From: Candidatus Eiseniibacteriota bacterium
GTDB lineage: Bacteria; Eisenbacteria; RBG-16-71-46
Direction: 5' to 3'
Length of the DNA stretch: 64,000 bases
Assembly: GCA_044223005.1 (NCBI GenBank)
Contig: JBGAML010000015.1
Span: forward strand, 56,385 to 120,384
Part shown: piece by piece, positions 40,155-47,839 of the stretch
How the letters are laid out: each line of letters starts with the position of its first letter
How positions within the stretch are numbered: position 1 is the first letter of the stretch
The notes under the pieces: model-generated
Told to the model about the DNA's origin: nothing
Seen by the model: only the letters and a program-made list of their open reading frames with translations
Databases searched by the model: none
Translations under genes and position numbers: made by a program

Positions 40155-40997
40155 TCATCTCCTGGCGAGGCGCGCGGGCGCGGTGGCCGCGGTCGCGAGC
40201 TGGATGGTGAAGACCTGGCGGCGTTCGTCGAGCGTGAAGGCGTAGGTGCCGCCGACCGGGAAGCGGACGACGATGTCGGTGGACGGGCCGCTCGCGAGCA
40301 CGGTCGGGTGCATCACGATCGGGGTCTGGAGCGTGTCGGTCGCGCTCCATCCCCAGCCGACGAGGTTGGCCTGCGTCGACGCGAAGCTGTTCACGAACTT
40401 CATCCGGTACGTGCCGGCGGCGATCGCCGGCGGCGGCCCGGCCAGGTTGTCGACGTCGTTGAACGTCCAGACGCCGAGGCTGTTCTGGAGGAACGAGACG
40501 TAGCCCGAGCCCAGCCACGCGAACTCGTAGTTGGGCATCGAACCGATCAGGTCGATCGAGTTCGAGAACTTCGTCGGGTCGACCGTGAGTGTGATGTTGC
40601 CGGCGTCGAGCTGCCCTTCGCGCACCGGCAGTCCGCCGCGCGAGTTGGCGAGGAAGAACGTCGAGCGCGCGACGATGCTGTACGAGCCCGGGGCGAGGCC
40701 CTGGAACAGGTACTGGTTCGACGCCGTGTCCATCGTGTCCGAGCCGACCTTCGTGCTCCCCAGGAACAGGTCGACGATCGTGGGGGGATAGGGCGCGCTG
40801 GCGAGGTCCGGCGTGTTGCGCGGGTCGTAGATCACGTTGCCGGTCAGGCTGCCGGGCCAGACGGCGGGAGCGGGACGGAGGCCCGTCGGCGCGAGGAGCG
40901 TCCCGGGCTTGTTGCGACCGCAGGCCGGCACGAGCGCCAGCAGCAGCGCGGCGGGCAGGAGCACGCGGATCAGGAAGTTCGGTGGGCGTCGGTTCAT
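40155..40997 (-). CDS. Lipoprotein with prealbumin/carboxypeptidase-regulatory-like domain and SusE/SusF-like C-terminal domain
   Basis: Lipobox VPAC; YLFQGLAPGSYSI; GVWTF..AGTYRMKF..GWG..GTYAFTLDE. ATG overlaps the upstream stop. Confidence 0.6.
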   Translation of the reverse strand: MNRRPPNFLIRVLLPAALLLALVPACGRNKPGTLLAPTGLRPAPAVWPGSLTGNVIYDPRNTPDLASAPYPPTIVDLFLGSTKVGSDTMDTASNQYLFQGLAPGSYSIVARSTFFLANSRGGLPVREGQLDAGNITLTVDPTKFSNSIDLIGSMPNYEFAWLGSGYVSFLQNSLGVWTFNDVDNLAGPPPAIAAGTYRMKFVNSFASTQANLVGWGWSATDTLQTPIVMHPTVLASGPSTDIVVRFPVGGTYAFTLDERRQVFTIQLATAATAPARLARR

Positions 40998-41401
40998 CGC
41001 ACGTCGAGCAGGGAATTGAACCCACCGTAGCCATCGTCGGTGCGGTTCGGGTTGTTCGGGTCTTCCTTCCAGTTCACGCGGTCGATCACGAACTTGTACT
41101 GGTAGCGGCCGGGCGGCAGCTTCTCGGTGCGCGTCCAGATGCCGTCGCCGTCCTCGTCCTTCAGCTCGCCGACGAGGAAGGTGCCCGTGTTCGCCTGCCC
41201 GCGCAGCCAGTCGTTCTCGGGCCAGTTGCCCGCCAGCTGGACGATGCGCGCCGACGGCGCCATGAAGCGGAACGTGACGCCGTCCGCCGTCTGGCTCGGC
41301 GGCGGGAGGCGGCGCTTGATGAAGTTGAGCGAGCTGCAACCGGGCAGGGCCACGGCGGCCAGCGCGAGAAGCGTTGCGAGAGCGAGGGCGTATCGGCGCA
41401 T
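40994..41401 (-). CDS. Small lipoprotein with one CBM48/AMPK-type domain
   Basis: Lipobox LPGC; VQLAGNW, DGDGIW, GRYQYKFVID, DDGYGGFNS. Confidence 0.85.
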   Translation of the reverse strand: MRRYALALATLLALAAVALPGCSSLNFIKRRLPPPSQTADGVTFRFMAPSARIVQLAGNWPENDWLRGQANTGTFLVGELKDEDGDGIWTRTEKLPPGRYQYKFVIDRVNWKEDPNNPNRTDDGYGGFNSLLDVR

Positions 41402-41419
41402 GGAGTCCTCCGCGGGAAC

Positions 41420-43747
41420 CTAGAACCGGACCACGGCTTCGAACTGGAGCCGGCGCTCGTTCTGCAGCGCGCGCTCCGCCGCCGCGATCTGCGGGGCCAG
41501 GCTCAGCCAGTTGTGCTCCGCCACATAGCCGTTGGCGTTGCGGTCGGAGAGGAACACGTCGCGGCCGATGTTCGCGAACTCGTTGGTGACCGGGTCGATC
41601 ACGTTCGGCGACACGCCCCAGCCGATGCCGACGTGGATGCCTTCGGCGAACTGGTACCGGAGTTCCGTGAACTGCGAGAACCAGCTGCGGTTGAGCGAGA
41701 GCGCGGGCGCGTCGTACTTGACCCAGCGCGTGTCGTTCGTGAGCCGCAGCACGTGGTTGAGGTTGCCGCCGAACTGGAAGATCGACTCCGAGTAGCGCGG
41801 CCGCAGGCCGATCTTCGTCCCGGAGTACGTCCCCTCGAAGCGGAAACGAATGTCGCGGGCGCGCCGGATCGGCACGTCGAGCGACGGGCGGAAGCGGAAC
41901 ACGTGCTTCTCGCCGAGCACGACCAAGCGGTCGGGGCCGGCCACGGTGCCGTTCTGCTCGAGCCAGAAGTTCCCGGTCGGGAACCACATCTGGTACTCCC
42001 ACGACGTGCGCGGGTCGTAGTCGAACGTGGTCAGCTCGAGGTTCATGGACGACTTGACCTCGCGGCCGAGGTAGTAGCGCCAGTTGCGGTCCCACCCGAG
42101 CCGGACCTCGGTCATGGCGTTCTCGACGTCCCGCGAGTCCGTGTAGGCGGCCCGCTGGAAGTCGACGTTCTCGAACTGCTGGTGGTCGACGTTCGAGAGG
42201 CCGGCGGGCGCGACGGGCGGCTGCGACCAGGTCGGGTAGCGGTGTTCCTGGTGCTCGACCTCGGCGCGGACGGTGACGTCGTTCGACGCGAAGGACCAGC
42301 TCGCACCGCCCAGCATGCGGCGGCTCTCGTCGAGGTTGTAGTGCTGGCCGAGCGGAGTGTCGGAACCCGTCGTCGTGATCCCGGCCGCGCCGGTGCCCGT
42401 GATGCCGGTGGCGAGGAACTGGACGCGGCTGGCGCGGTCCATCATGTCGAGCCGCCGCGCGCCCTGCAGGAACTCGGCCCAGATCGCGACGCCGGGCTTG
42501 CCGTTCCAGAGCGCGTCGACGCCGCCCGCGAACCATTCCTGCTCGGTCTGGCCGTAGGTGAGCGTGCCCGTCGTGTCGGTCAGCGTCTCGGCGAGCACCA
42601 GCCGGCCGAGGTGGAAACCGCGATCGGAACGGCCGAGCACGCCGACGCGCAGGCCGCCCGGCAGCTGGCGGCGCACGGACGCGGCGAAGGTGTTCTCGGC
42701 GCCGTCGCCGTACCCGAAACTCTGGCCGTTGTCGCCCACGTCGGTGGTCGTGATCTTGGAGACCTGGTGCGGCACCAGCGCGAACGTCGAGGCGTCCTTG
42801 CGGTAGGCGCGGAGCTGCTTCCACGCGTCGCCGTAGGCGTCACCGGTGAAGACGAACTTGCGGTTCGTGCCACGGTCGAGGCTGAAGTCGTTGATCGTCG
42901 AGCCGCCCGGGAACTCCGTGCCGCCGACCGACGAGTTGTCCGCGTACAGCACCTGCGTGTCGAAGCCGAGCTTGGGGCTCGCCACCAGGAAGCCGTTGCG
43001 CTGGTAGCCGTACGGGTGCCGGTAGATGCCGATGTCGCCGACCAGCCGCGCCGGATCGTCCCAGGTCGGGATCGTCTCGCTGTCGAACGCGAGGATGCGC
43101 AGGTCGGGCTGCTGGAAGTCGAGCGTGCCGCGCTTGAAGTTGAGGCGCGAGCGGTAGTCCTGCACGTCCTCCTTCTGCGGGTCGATGTTCGTCAGGATGC
43201 GGCCCTTGAGCAGGTCCGAGATGCGCACGCCGAAGCCGAGGTCGATGTCGAACAGCGGCCGCGACAGCTCGTAGCGCGAGGTCGTCGGATCGAAGCGCTC
43301 GAGGAACAGCGCGTGCGTGCGGCCGTCGATGGCGATCTTGGCGCTGTAGGCGGTGTTCGAGGTCACCGCCTGCGTGAGGAGCCCACCGTCGGCGCCGACC
43401 TTCACCACGCTGTTGCCGAACTCGCCGGCGGTCGTGCCGTTTTCGGGATCGGCGACCCACTGCCCGTCGACGACGAACTTGTACTGCTGTTCGCCGGGGG
43501 GCAGGGCGACGACCACGGTCCAGACGCCGCCGGCGCCCTTGGTCATCGGGTTCGCCGACGTGGACCAGTTGTTGAACGCACCCGCCCACGCCACGGTCGC
43601 GGCGTTGGCGTCGTGGTACGTGAAGCGGATGCCGCCGGAGGCCTTCTCGGGGGCGGCCCAGGCCGTGACGGCGATCAGCAGGAGCGACACGGCGAGCGCC
43701 GCGATCGAGGCGGCACGGGAGGTCAGGGTTCGGAGCCCGCGAGTCAT
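41420..43747 (-). CDS. CBM48 domain fused to a predicted outer-membrane beta-barrel
   Basis: Signal peptide (AWA), N-terminal AGAFNNW..ANPM..QYKFVVDG.W..DP, amphipathic strands, C-terminal beta-signal LQFEAVVRF. Confidence 0.7.
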   Translation of the reverse strand: MTRGLRTLTSRAASIAALAVSLLLIAVTAWAAPEKASGGIRFTYHDANAATVAWAGAFNNWSTSANPMTKGAGGVWTVVVALPPGEQQYKFVVDGQWVADPENGTTAGEFGNSVVKVGADGGLLTQAVTSNTAYSAKIAIDGRTHALFLERFDPTTSRYELSRPLFDIDLGFGVRISDLLKGRILTNIDPQKEDVQDYRSRLNFKRGTLDFQQPDLRILAFDSETIPTWDDPARLVGDIGIYRHPYGYQRNGFLVASPKLGFDTQVLYADNSSVGGTEFPGGSTINDFSLDRGTNRKFVFTGDAYGDAWKQLRAYRKDASTFALVPHQVSKITTTDVGDNGQSFGYGDGAENTFAASVRRQLPGGLRVGVLGRSDRGFHLGRLVLAETLTDTTGTLTYGQTEQEWFAGGVDALWNGKPGVAIWAEFLQGARRLDMMDRASRVQFLATGITGTGAAGITTTGSDTPLGQHYNLDESRRMLGGASWSFASNDVTVRAEVEHQEHRYPTWSQPPVAPAGLSNVDHQQFENVDFQRAAYTDSRDVENAMTEVRLGWDRNWRYYLGREVKSSMNLELTTFDYDPRTSWEYQMWFPTGNFWLEQNGTVAGPDRLVVLGEKHVFRFRPSLDVPIRRARDIRFRFEGTYSGTKIGLRPRYSESIFQFGGNLNHVLRLTNDTRWVKYDAPALSLNRSWFSQFTELRYQFAEGIHVGIGWGVSPNVIDPVTNEFANIGRDVFLSDRNANGYVAEHNWLSLAPQIAAAERALQNERRLQFEAVVRF

Positions 43748-45315
43748 CAGAAATTCCCCTTCAGGATGAACTTGACGATGTCCTTCTGGTCGCCGCTGCC
43801 GTTCAGGTTGCCCTCGTCGACCGGCATCGAACCGCTGCCGATGTAGTCTGGCCCGTACTGCAGGAACATCTCCATGCTCCCGGTGGGCCGGTACTGGAGC
43901 TGCGTGAAGACGCCCTTGCGCAGGATGCTCGGGTCGTTTCCGAAAGCGAATCGGTCGTAGATCTTGGTGTGCGCCGACAGGTTGATCGAGTGCTCCACGA
44001 CGAAGAGCTGCTTCTTGGAGGGGCTGCCGATGTCGCGCAGCTTGCTCTGCACCCGCAGCCACGCGAGGCGGCTCTCGACCTGCAGCTCGTTGAACCACTC
44101 GAGGTGCGTCTCGCGCACCGTGAAGAGCGAGTTCGGGCGGTAGGTGTCGGTGCGGCGGTACGCCGTCTTGCCGGTGAAGCCGTTGATGAACTCGACGTAG
44201 AGCTCGTTGTAGATCTGCCGCGTCTGCGTGTGCCCGTACACGTGCGGTCCGTACCAGAGCAGGTTGTTCGAGTACGTGATCGCGCGTTCGGGCAGCAGGT
44301 ACCAGCTGTTGACGAAGAAGCCCGTCTCGTCGTTGCTCGGGCCGCCGGAGGAGTTCTGCCACTTGGGCCCGCGGCTCCACCAGCCCGGCGTCACGTTCAC
44401 GAAGCCGGTGCGGCCCGTCCCGAGCTTGAGGCTGCGGATCTCGGCCTGGACCACGCCGCGGTCGGGGAGGCGGAACGGCGTCGGGCGGCGGAAGAGCGTG
44501 AGCTTGGGCGCCCGGACCGAATCGGGGCGCACGATGACGTCGCGGCTCTCGCCGTACTCGAGCGAGACGTCCGCGCCGCCGACGCGCAGGCGGCTGTCGA
44601 CGCCGAGGACCGAGTTCCACGGCGAGGGACCCGAGAGGCTGTCCTGGCCCGTCCAGCCCTCGAAGCGGTTCCAGGTGAGCCCGAGCCGGAGCGCGTTGTC
44701 CTTGAGGAACTCGCGGCGCAGGCGCACCACGTACTGGTCCGACGTGCGCTGCACGCGCTGCGCCGCGATCGAATCGCGCGGCATGTGCGGCACGTTGGGG
44801 AAGTTGGCGGGATTGAACTCGCCGCTGCGGTCCGCGACGATGAAGGTCGTGTTCGTCTTGCCGAATCCCCAGGTTTCGAGGCGGATACCCTGGGCGTCCG
44901 AGCGGCCGTAAACCCACGGGATCAGGTACGTGTTGGCGTAGAACCGGTCCTGCCGCGAGAACACGTACGTGTCGATGCCCCGCTTGCCGAACTCCTTCCG
45001 GAAGCGAAGGTGACCTTCGCGGTACTGGAACTCCGGCTGGGCCGCGTTGTTGTCGCTCGGGTTGTAGGCGGCGTCGAACTTCACGAACGACTCGATGCCG
45101 GTCCGGGGCTGCGAGAAGAGCCGGAACGACGCCCAGTTGTAGACGTCGTAGGAGTTCGAATCGAACTGCCACAGGTACGGCCGGTCGTTCTTGCGCAGGT
45201 CCATCATCAGCTGGTAGTCGCCCTCGAGCTTCGTGGTCGCGTGGACCGCCGGGGCGGCCAGCACGAGCGCGAAGAGGAGGGCGAAGGGGACGAGACCGCG
45301 GGCGCGCGGGCTCAT
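43747..45315 (-). CDS. Predicted outer-membrane beta-barrel protein of unknown family
   Basis: Signal peptide (VHA), alternating aromatic/polar strands, C-terminal VKFILKGNF; translationally coupled on both sides. Confidence 0.65.
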   Translation of the reverse strand: MSPRARGLVPFALLFALVLAAPAVHATTKLEGDYQLMMDLRKNDRPYLWQFDSNSYDVYNWASFRLFSQPRTGIESFVKFDAAYNPSDNNAAQPEFQYREGHLRFRKEFGKRGIDTYVFSRQDRFYANTYLIPWVYGRSDAQGIRLETWGFGKTNTTFIVADRSGEFNPANFPNVPHMPRDSIAAQRVQRTSDQYVVRLRREFLKDNALRLGLTWNRFEGWTGQDSLSGPSPWNSVLGVDSRLRVGGADVSLEYGESRDVIVRPDSVRAPKLTLFRRPTPFRLPDRGVVQAEIRSLKLGTGRTGFVNVTPGWWSRGPKWQNSSGGPSNDETGFFVNSWYLLPERAITYSNNLLWYGPHVYGHTQTRQIYNELYVEFINGFTGKTAYRRTDTYRPNSLFTVRETHLEWFNELQVESRLAWLRVQSKLRDIGSPSKKQLFVVEHSINLSAHTKIYDRFAFGNDPSILRKGVFTQLQYRPTGSMEMFLQYGPDYIGSGSMPVDEGNLNGSGDQKDIVKFILKGNF

Positions 45316-46232
45316 GGGCGGCCTCCGTGACCGAAGGGGAATCGCAGCGACATGCGGTAGGACGCTCCGAGATCGCGGCTCGTCTGGGCCGCGGCGTCCA
45401 CGTGGTAGCCCTTGTGGAACACGCCCAGCCCGCCGCTGAACTGCAGGTCGTTGGGGGAGCGCTGCGCCTCGTAGACGTTCGCCAGGTTGCGCAGGCCCGT
45501 TCGGATCGCGAAGACGTTGAAGAAGAGGATCTCCATCCCCGCGCTGAGCGAGGTCGCCTGCGGTGCGACCTGCGACCAGCCGAGGGTGATGGTCGACTCG
45601 CGGTTCCACTTGAACGCCGCCGCCACGTCCTGGCGCGCGGTCAGGTGCCCGCCGCCCGAGCCCGGGATGAACTCGTAGCGCGGTTCGAGCACGTCGCGCA
45701 CGACGTAGTTGAGGTCGATCGACCACGGCGATCGCCAGCGCAGGCCGAGGTCCAGCGAGCCGCGAGAGATCGCGCCGTAGTCCACGTGCGAGCCGCCCGC
45801 GACGTCGAACGGCTGGAACGCGGCGCGCCCGAACTTGAACGTGGCACCGGCGTCCCAACGGCCGAGGCGGTTGTCCTGGAGCGTACGGGCGGCGGCGACG
45901 CAGAACTGCTCCTCGCCGTAGGCGTCCGTCACCCCGACGTGGTGCCACGCGAGCGCCGTCCCGAACCCGTGCACGGTGCCGGCCACGGCCAGCGTGTTCT
46001 CGTTCAGGTTGTCGACGCCGTAGGGCTTGGAATAGTCGATCAGCAGTTCGGGGCGCCGCAGCGACACGAGCGCGGCCGGGTTCCAGTGGTAGGCGGACGC
46101 GTCGTCCACGGTGGCCATCGCCGAGGGCCCCAGGGCGATCACGCGGGCGCCGGCGTCGGTGAGCTCGAAGTAGGCGTGCGCCGGGGCGGCGAGCAGCAGC
46201 GCCGCGAGCGCGAGCAGGAAGGAGCGCTTCAT
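45312..46232 (-). CDS. PorV/PorQ/UPF0164-like (FadL-superfamily) outer-membrane barrel
   Basis: Signal peptide followed by GARVIALG...VDDASAYHWNPAAL; C-terminal FSGGLGV..VDAA...LGASYRMSL.F. Confidence 0.75.
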   Translation of the reverse strand: MKRSFLLALAALLLAAPAHAYFELTDAGARVIALGPSAMATVDDASAYHWNPAALVSLRRPELLIDYSKPYGVDNLNENTLAVAGTVHGFGTALAWHHVGVTDAYGEEQFCVAAARTLQDNRLGRWDAGATFKFGRAAFQPFDVAGGSHVDYGAISRGSLDLGLRWRSPWSIDLNYVVRDVLEPRYEFIPGSGGGHLTARQDVAAAFKWNRESTITLGWSQVAPQATSLSAGMEILFFNVFAIRTGLRNLANVYEAQRSPNDLQFSGGLGVFHKGYHVDAAAQTSRDLGASYRMSLRFPFGHGGRP

Positions 46233-47518
46233 CGGACCACCACCAGCGCCTTCACGGCGCGATCGAGGTTGGGTTCGATCACGAGGCGCAGGATGTAGAT
46301 GCCGGGCGACACCCGGGCTCCGTTGCCGTCGCGTCCGTCCCACTGCGTGAGGCCCAGGTCGCGGAGCGACTGGTCCGCGGTCAACGCGGGCACGGTCGTG
46401 TTGAGGAACAGGTTGCGGACCCAGCGGCCGCGCGCGTCGAAGATGTTCGCCGAGAACGTGCACGTCCGCGCCTGGTCGAGCGGATCGTTCGGGTTCAGCG
46501 GCGGCGAAAGCGTGACGTGGAACCCGGCCGCCTCGTTCATGTCGGGCGCGAACGCCGGGCGGTCGAGCGTCACGTCCTGGATCGAGAACCGGAGCGCGGT
46601 GATCGGCGGCGGGTAGCGGAAGCTCACCCGCGTGATCGGCGAGCAGTTCCAGTCCGGGATGCCGTCCGGACCGCCGTGGCCGAGGCCCGTGTCGTCGTCC
46701 TGGTCCAGGTCGAGGATCGCGTAGTTGTCGATGATGATGTTGTCGTTGCTGTTGTCCGAGCAGCCGCGCAGGTTGTCCGGGGCGGCATCGGGGCCACCGG
46801 TACCGTCGCCGCCGCCCGTGACGACGACGGCGAGCTTGATCGAGTGCACGCCCAGCGGCAGGCGCCGCAGCGTGTCGGCGACGCCGTTCACCGTCATGAA
46901 CGTGTCGCGCGTGCCGACGCCCGCGAGGCCCGCGAACACGTTGCGCCACGGAATCGCGAACTCCATCGAGCGGCCGTCGTTGCCCTGGTCGAACGAGGCG
47001 ACGGCGCGGAAGTCCGAGCCGACCTGGCGGTCGTCCACCTGGTTGCCGGCGAGCTGGGTGAGGAAGCGCGGGTTCGTGTTCGTGTCCCACGTCGCGCCGA
47101 GGACGTCCGGCACGAACTCGTCGCCTGCGAAACGCGCGAAGGTGTCGAACGTGAAATTGCGCCGCCACGAGTTGAGGCTCGTCATGCTCCCCAGGCCACG
47201 GTTCGGCACCGTGTCCATGATCAGGATCATGTTGTTGCCCCAGATCTTTCCTTCGGTGGCGATGTAGAGGTACTGCGCGTCCCAGGTGACGCGGACCTGG
47301 TAGACCTCGTTGTTCTGCCACTTCGAGTCGTCCCGCGGTTCCTGGAGGATGCCGCGCTGCGGGTCGGTGCCGAAGACGTCCTCGTCCCCGGCGATGAACT
47401 CGGTGGTGTAGCCGTCGATGCGCATGCGCGCGCTGAGGTCGCGAGCGGTGCGGGCGTGGACGGCCGTGGCGAGCGTGAGCAAGGCCGCGGAGAGCGGCAG
47501 GAGCGTTCGAAGGCGCAC
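46229..47518 (-). CDS. Secreted DOMON/CBM9-like domain protein with C-terminal FlgD-Ig domain
   Basis: Signal peptide (VHA); IDG..EF, VTWDAQYLY, EFAIPW; C-terminal IFDARGRWVRNL..WDGRDGNG..VSPGIYILRL. GTG start (47518 or 47527) chosen because ATG 47575 lies inside the predicted -10. Confidence 0.7.
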   Translation of the reverse strand: MRLRTLLPLSAALLTLATAVHARTARDLSARMRIDGYTTEFIAGDEDVFGTDPQRGILQEPRDDSKWQNNEVYQVRVTWDAQYLYIATEGKIWGNNMILIMDTVPNRGLGSMTSLNSWRRNFTFDTFARFAGDEFVPDVLGATWDTNTNPRFLTQLAGNQVDDRQVGSDFRAVASFDQGNDGRSMEFAIPWRNVFAGLAGVGTRDTFMTVNGVADTLRRLPLGVHSIKLAVVVTGGGDGTGGPDAAPDNLRGCSDNSNDNIIIDNYAILDLDQDDDTGLGHGGPDGIPDWNCSPITRVSFRYPPPITALRFSIQDVTLDRPAFAPDMNEAAGFHVTLSPPLNPNDPLDQARTCTFSANIFDARGRWVRNLFLNTTVPALTADQSLRDLGLTQWDGRDGNGARVSPGIYILRLVIEPNLDRAVKALVVVR

Positions 47519-47573
47519 GGGCGGCACCCAATCTTGGAAGTCAAGGAAACGTGGGGTGAGCTTGAGCCGGCGC

Positions 47574-47716
47574 ATGATGCGGGGCGCGTCCGGAGGCGTC
47601 AACCGTGGCGTCTCCGGCGGGCTCAAGCGACAATCTTCCCGGCATTTGCGGCAACGGAGGTGGTGCTCCGGGAAGGGGACTCGCGGATTGCACGGACTTG
47701 ATGCACCCGTTACAAT
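47574..47716. promoter_or_regulatory. Divergent sigma70-type promoter pair at the centre of the alpha-glucan locus
   Basis: Plus strand TTGCAC(47688)-17-TACAAT(47711); minus strand TTGACG(47602)-17-CATCAT(47579). Confidence 0.55.
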
Positions 47717-47839
47717 TCCCCGTGGGTTTCCCTGTGCACACGCCGGCCTCCGCGGCCGGTTCGCGTGCGGGCTGCCCGGGTCCCGCCTGCCGCTCGCCCA
47801 GCACCTGTTCCCTCTACGACCCGGTGGAGACTGCGCCAC

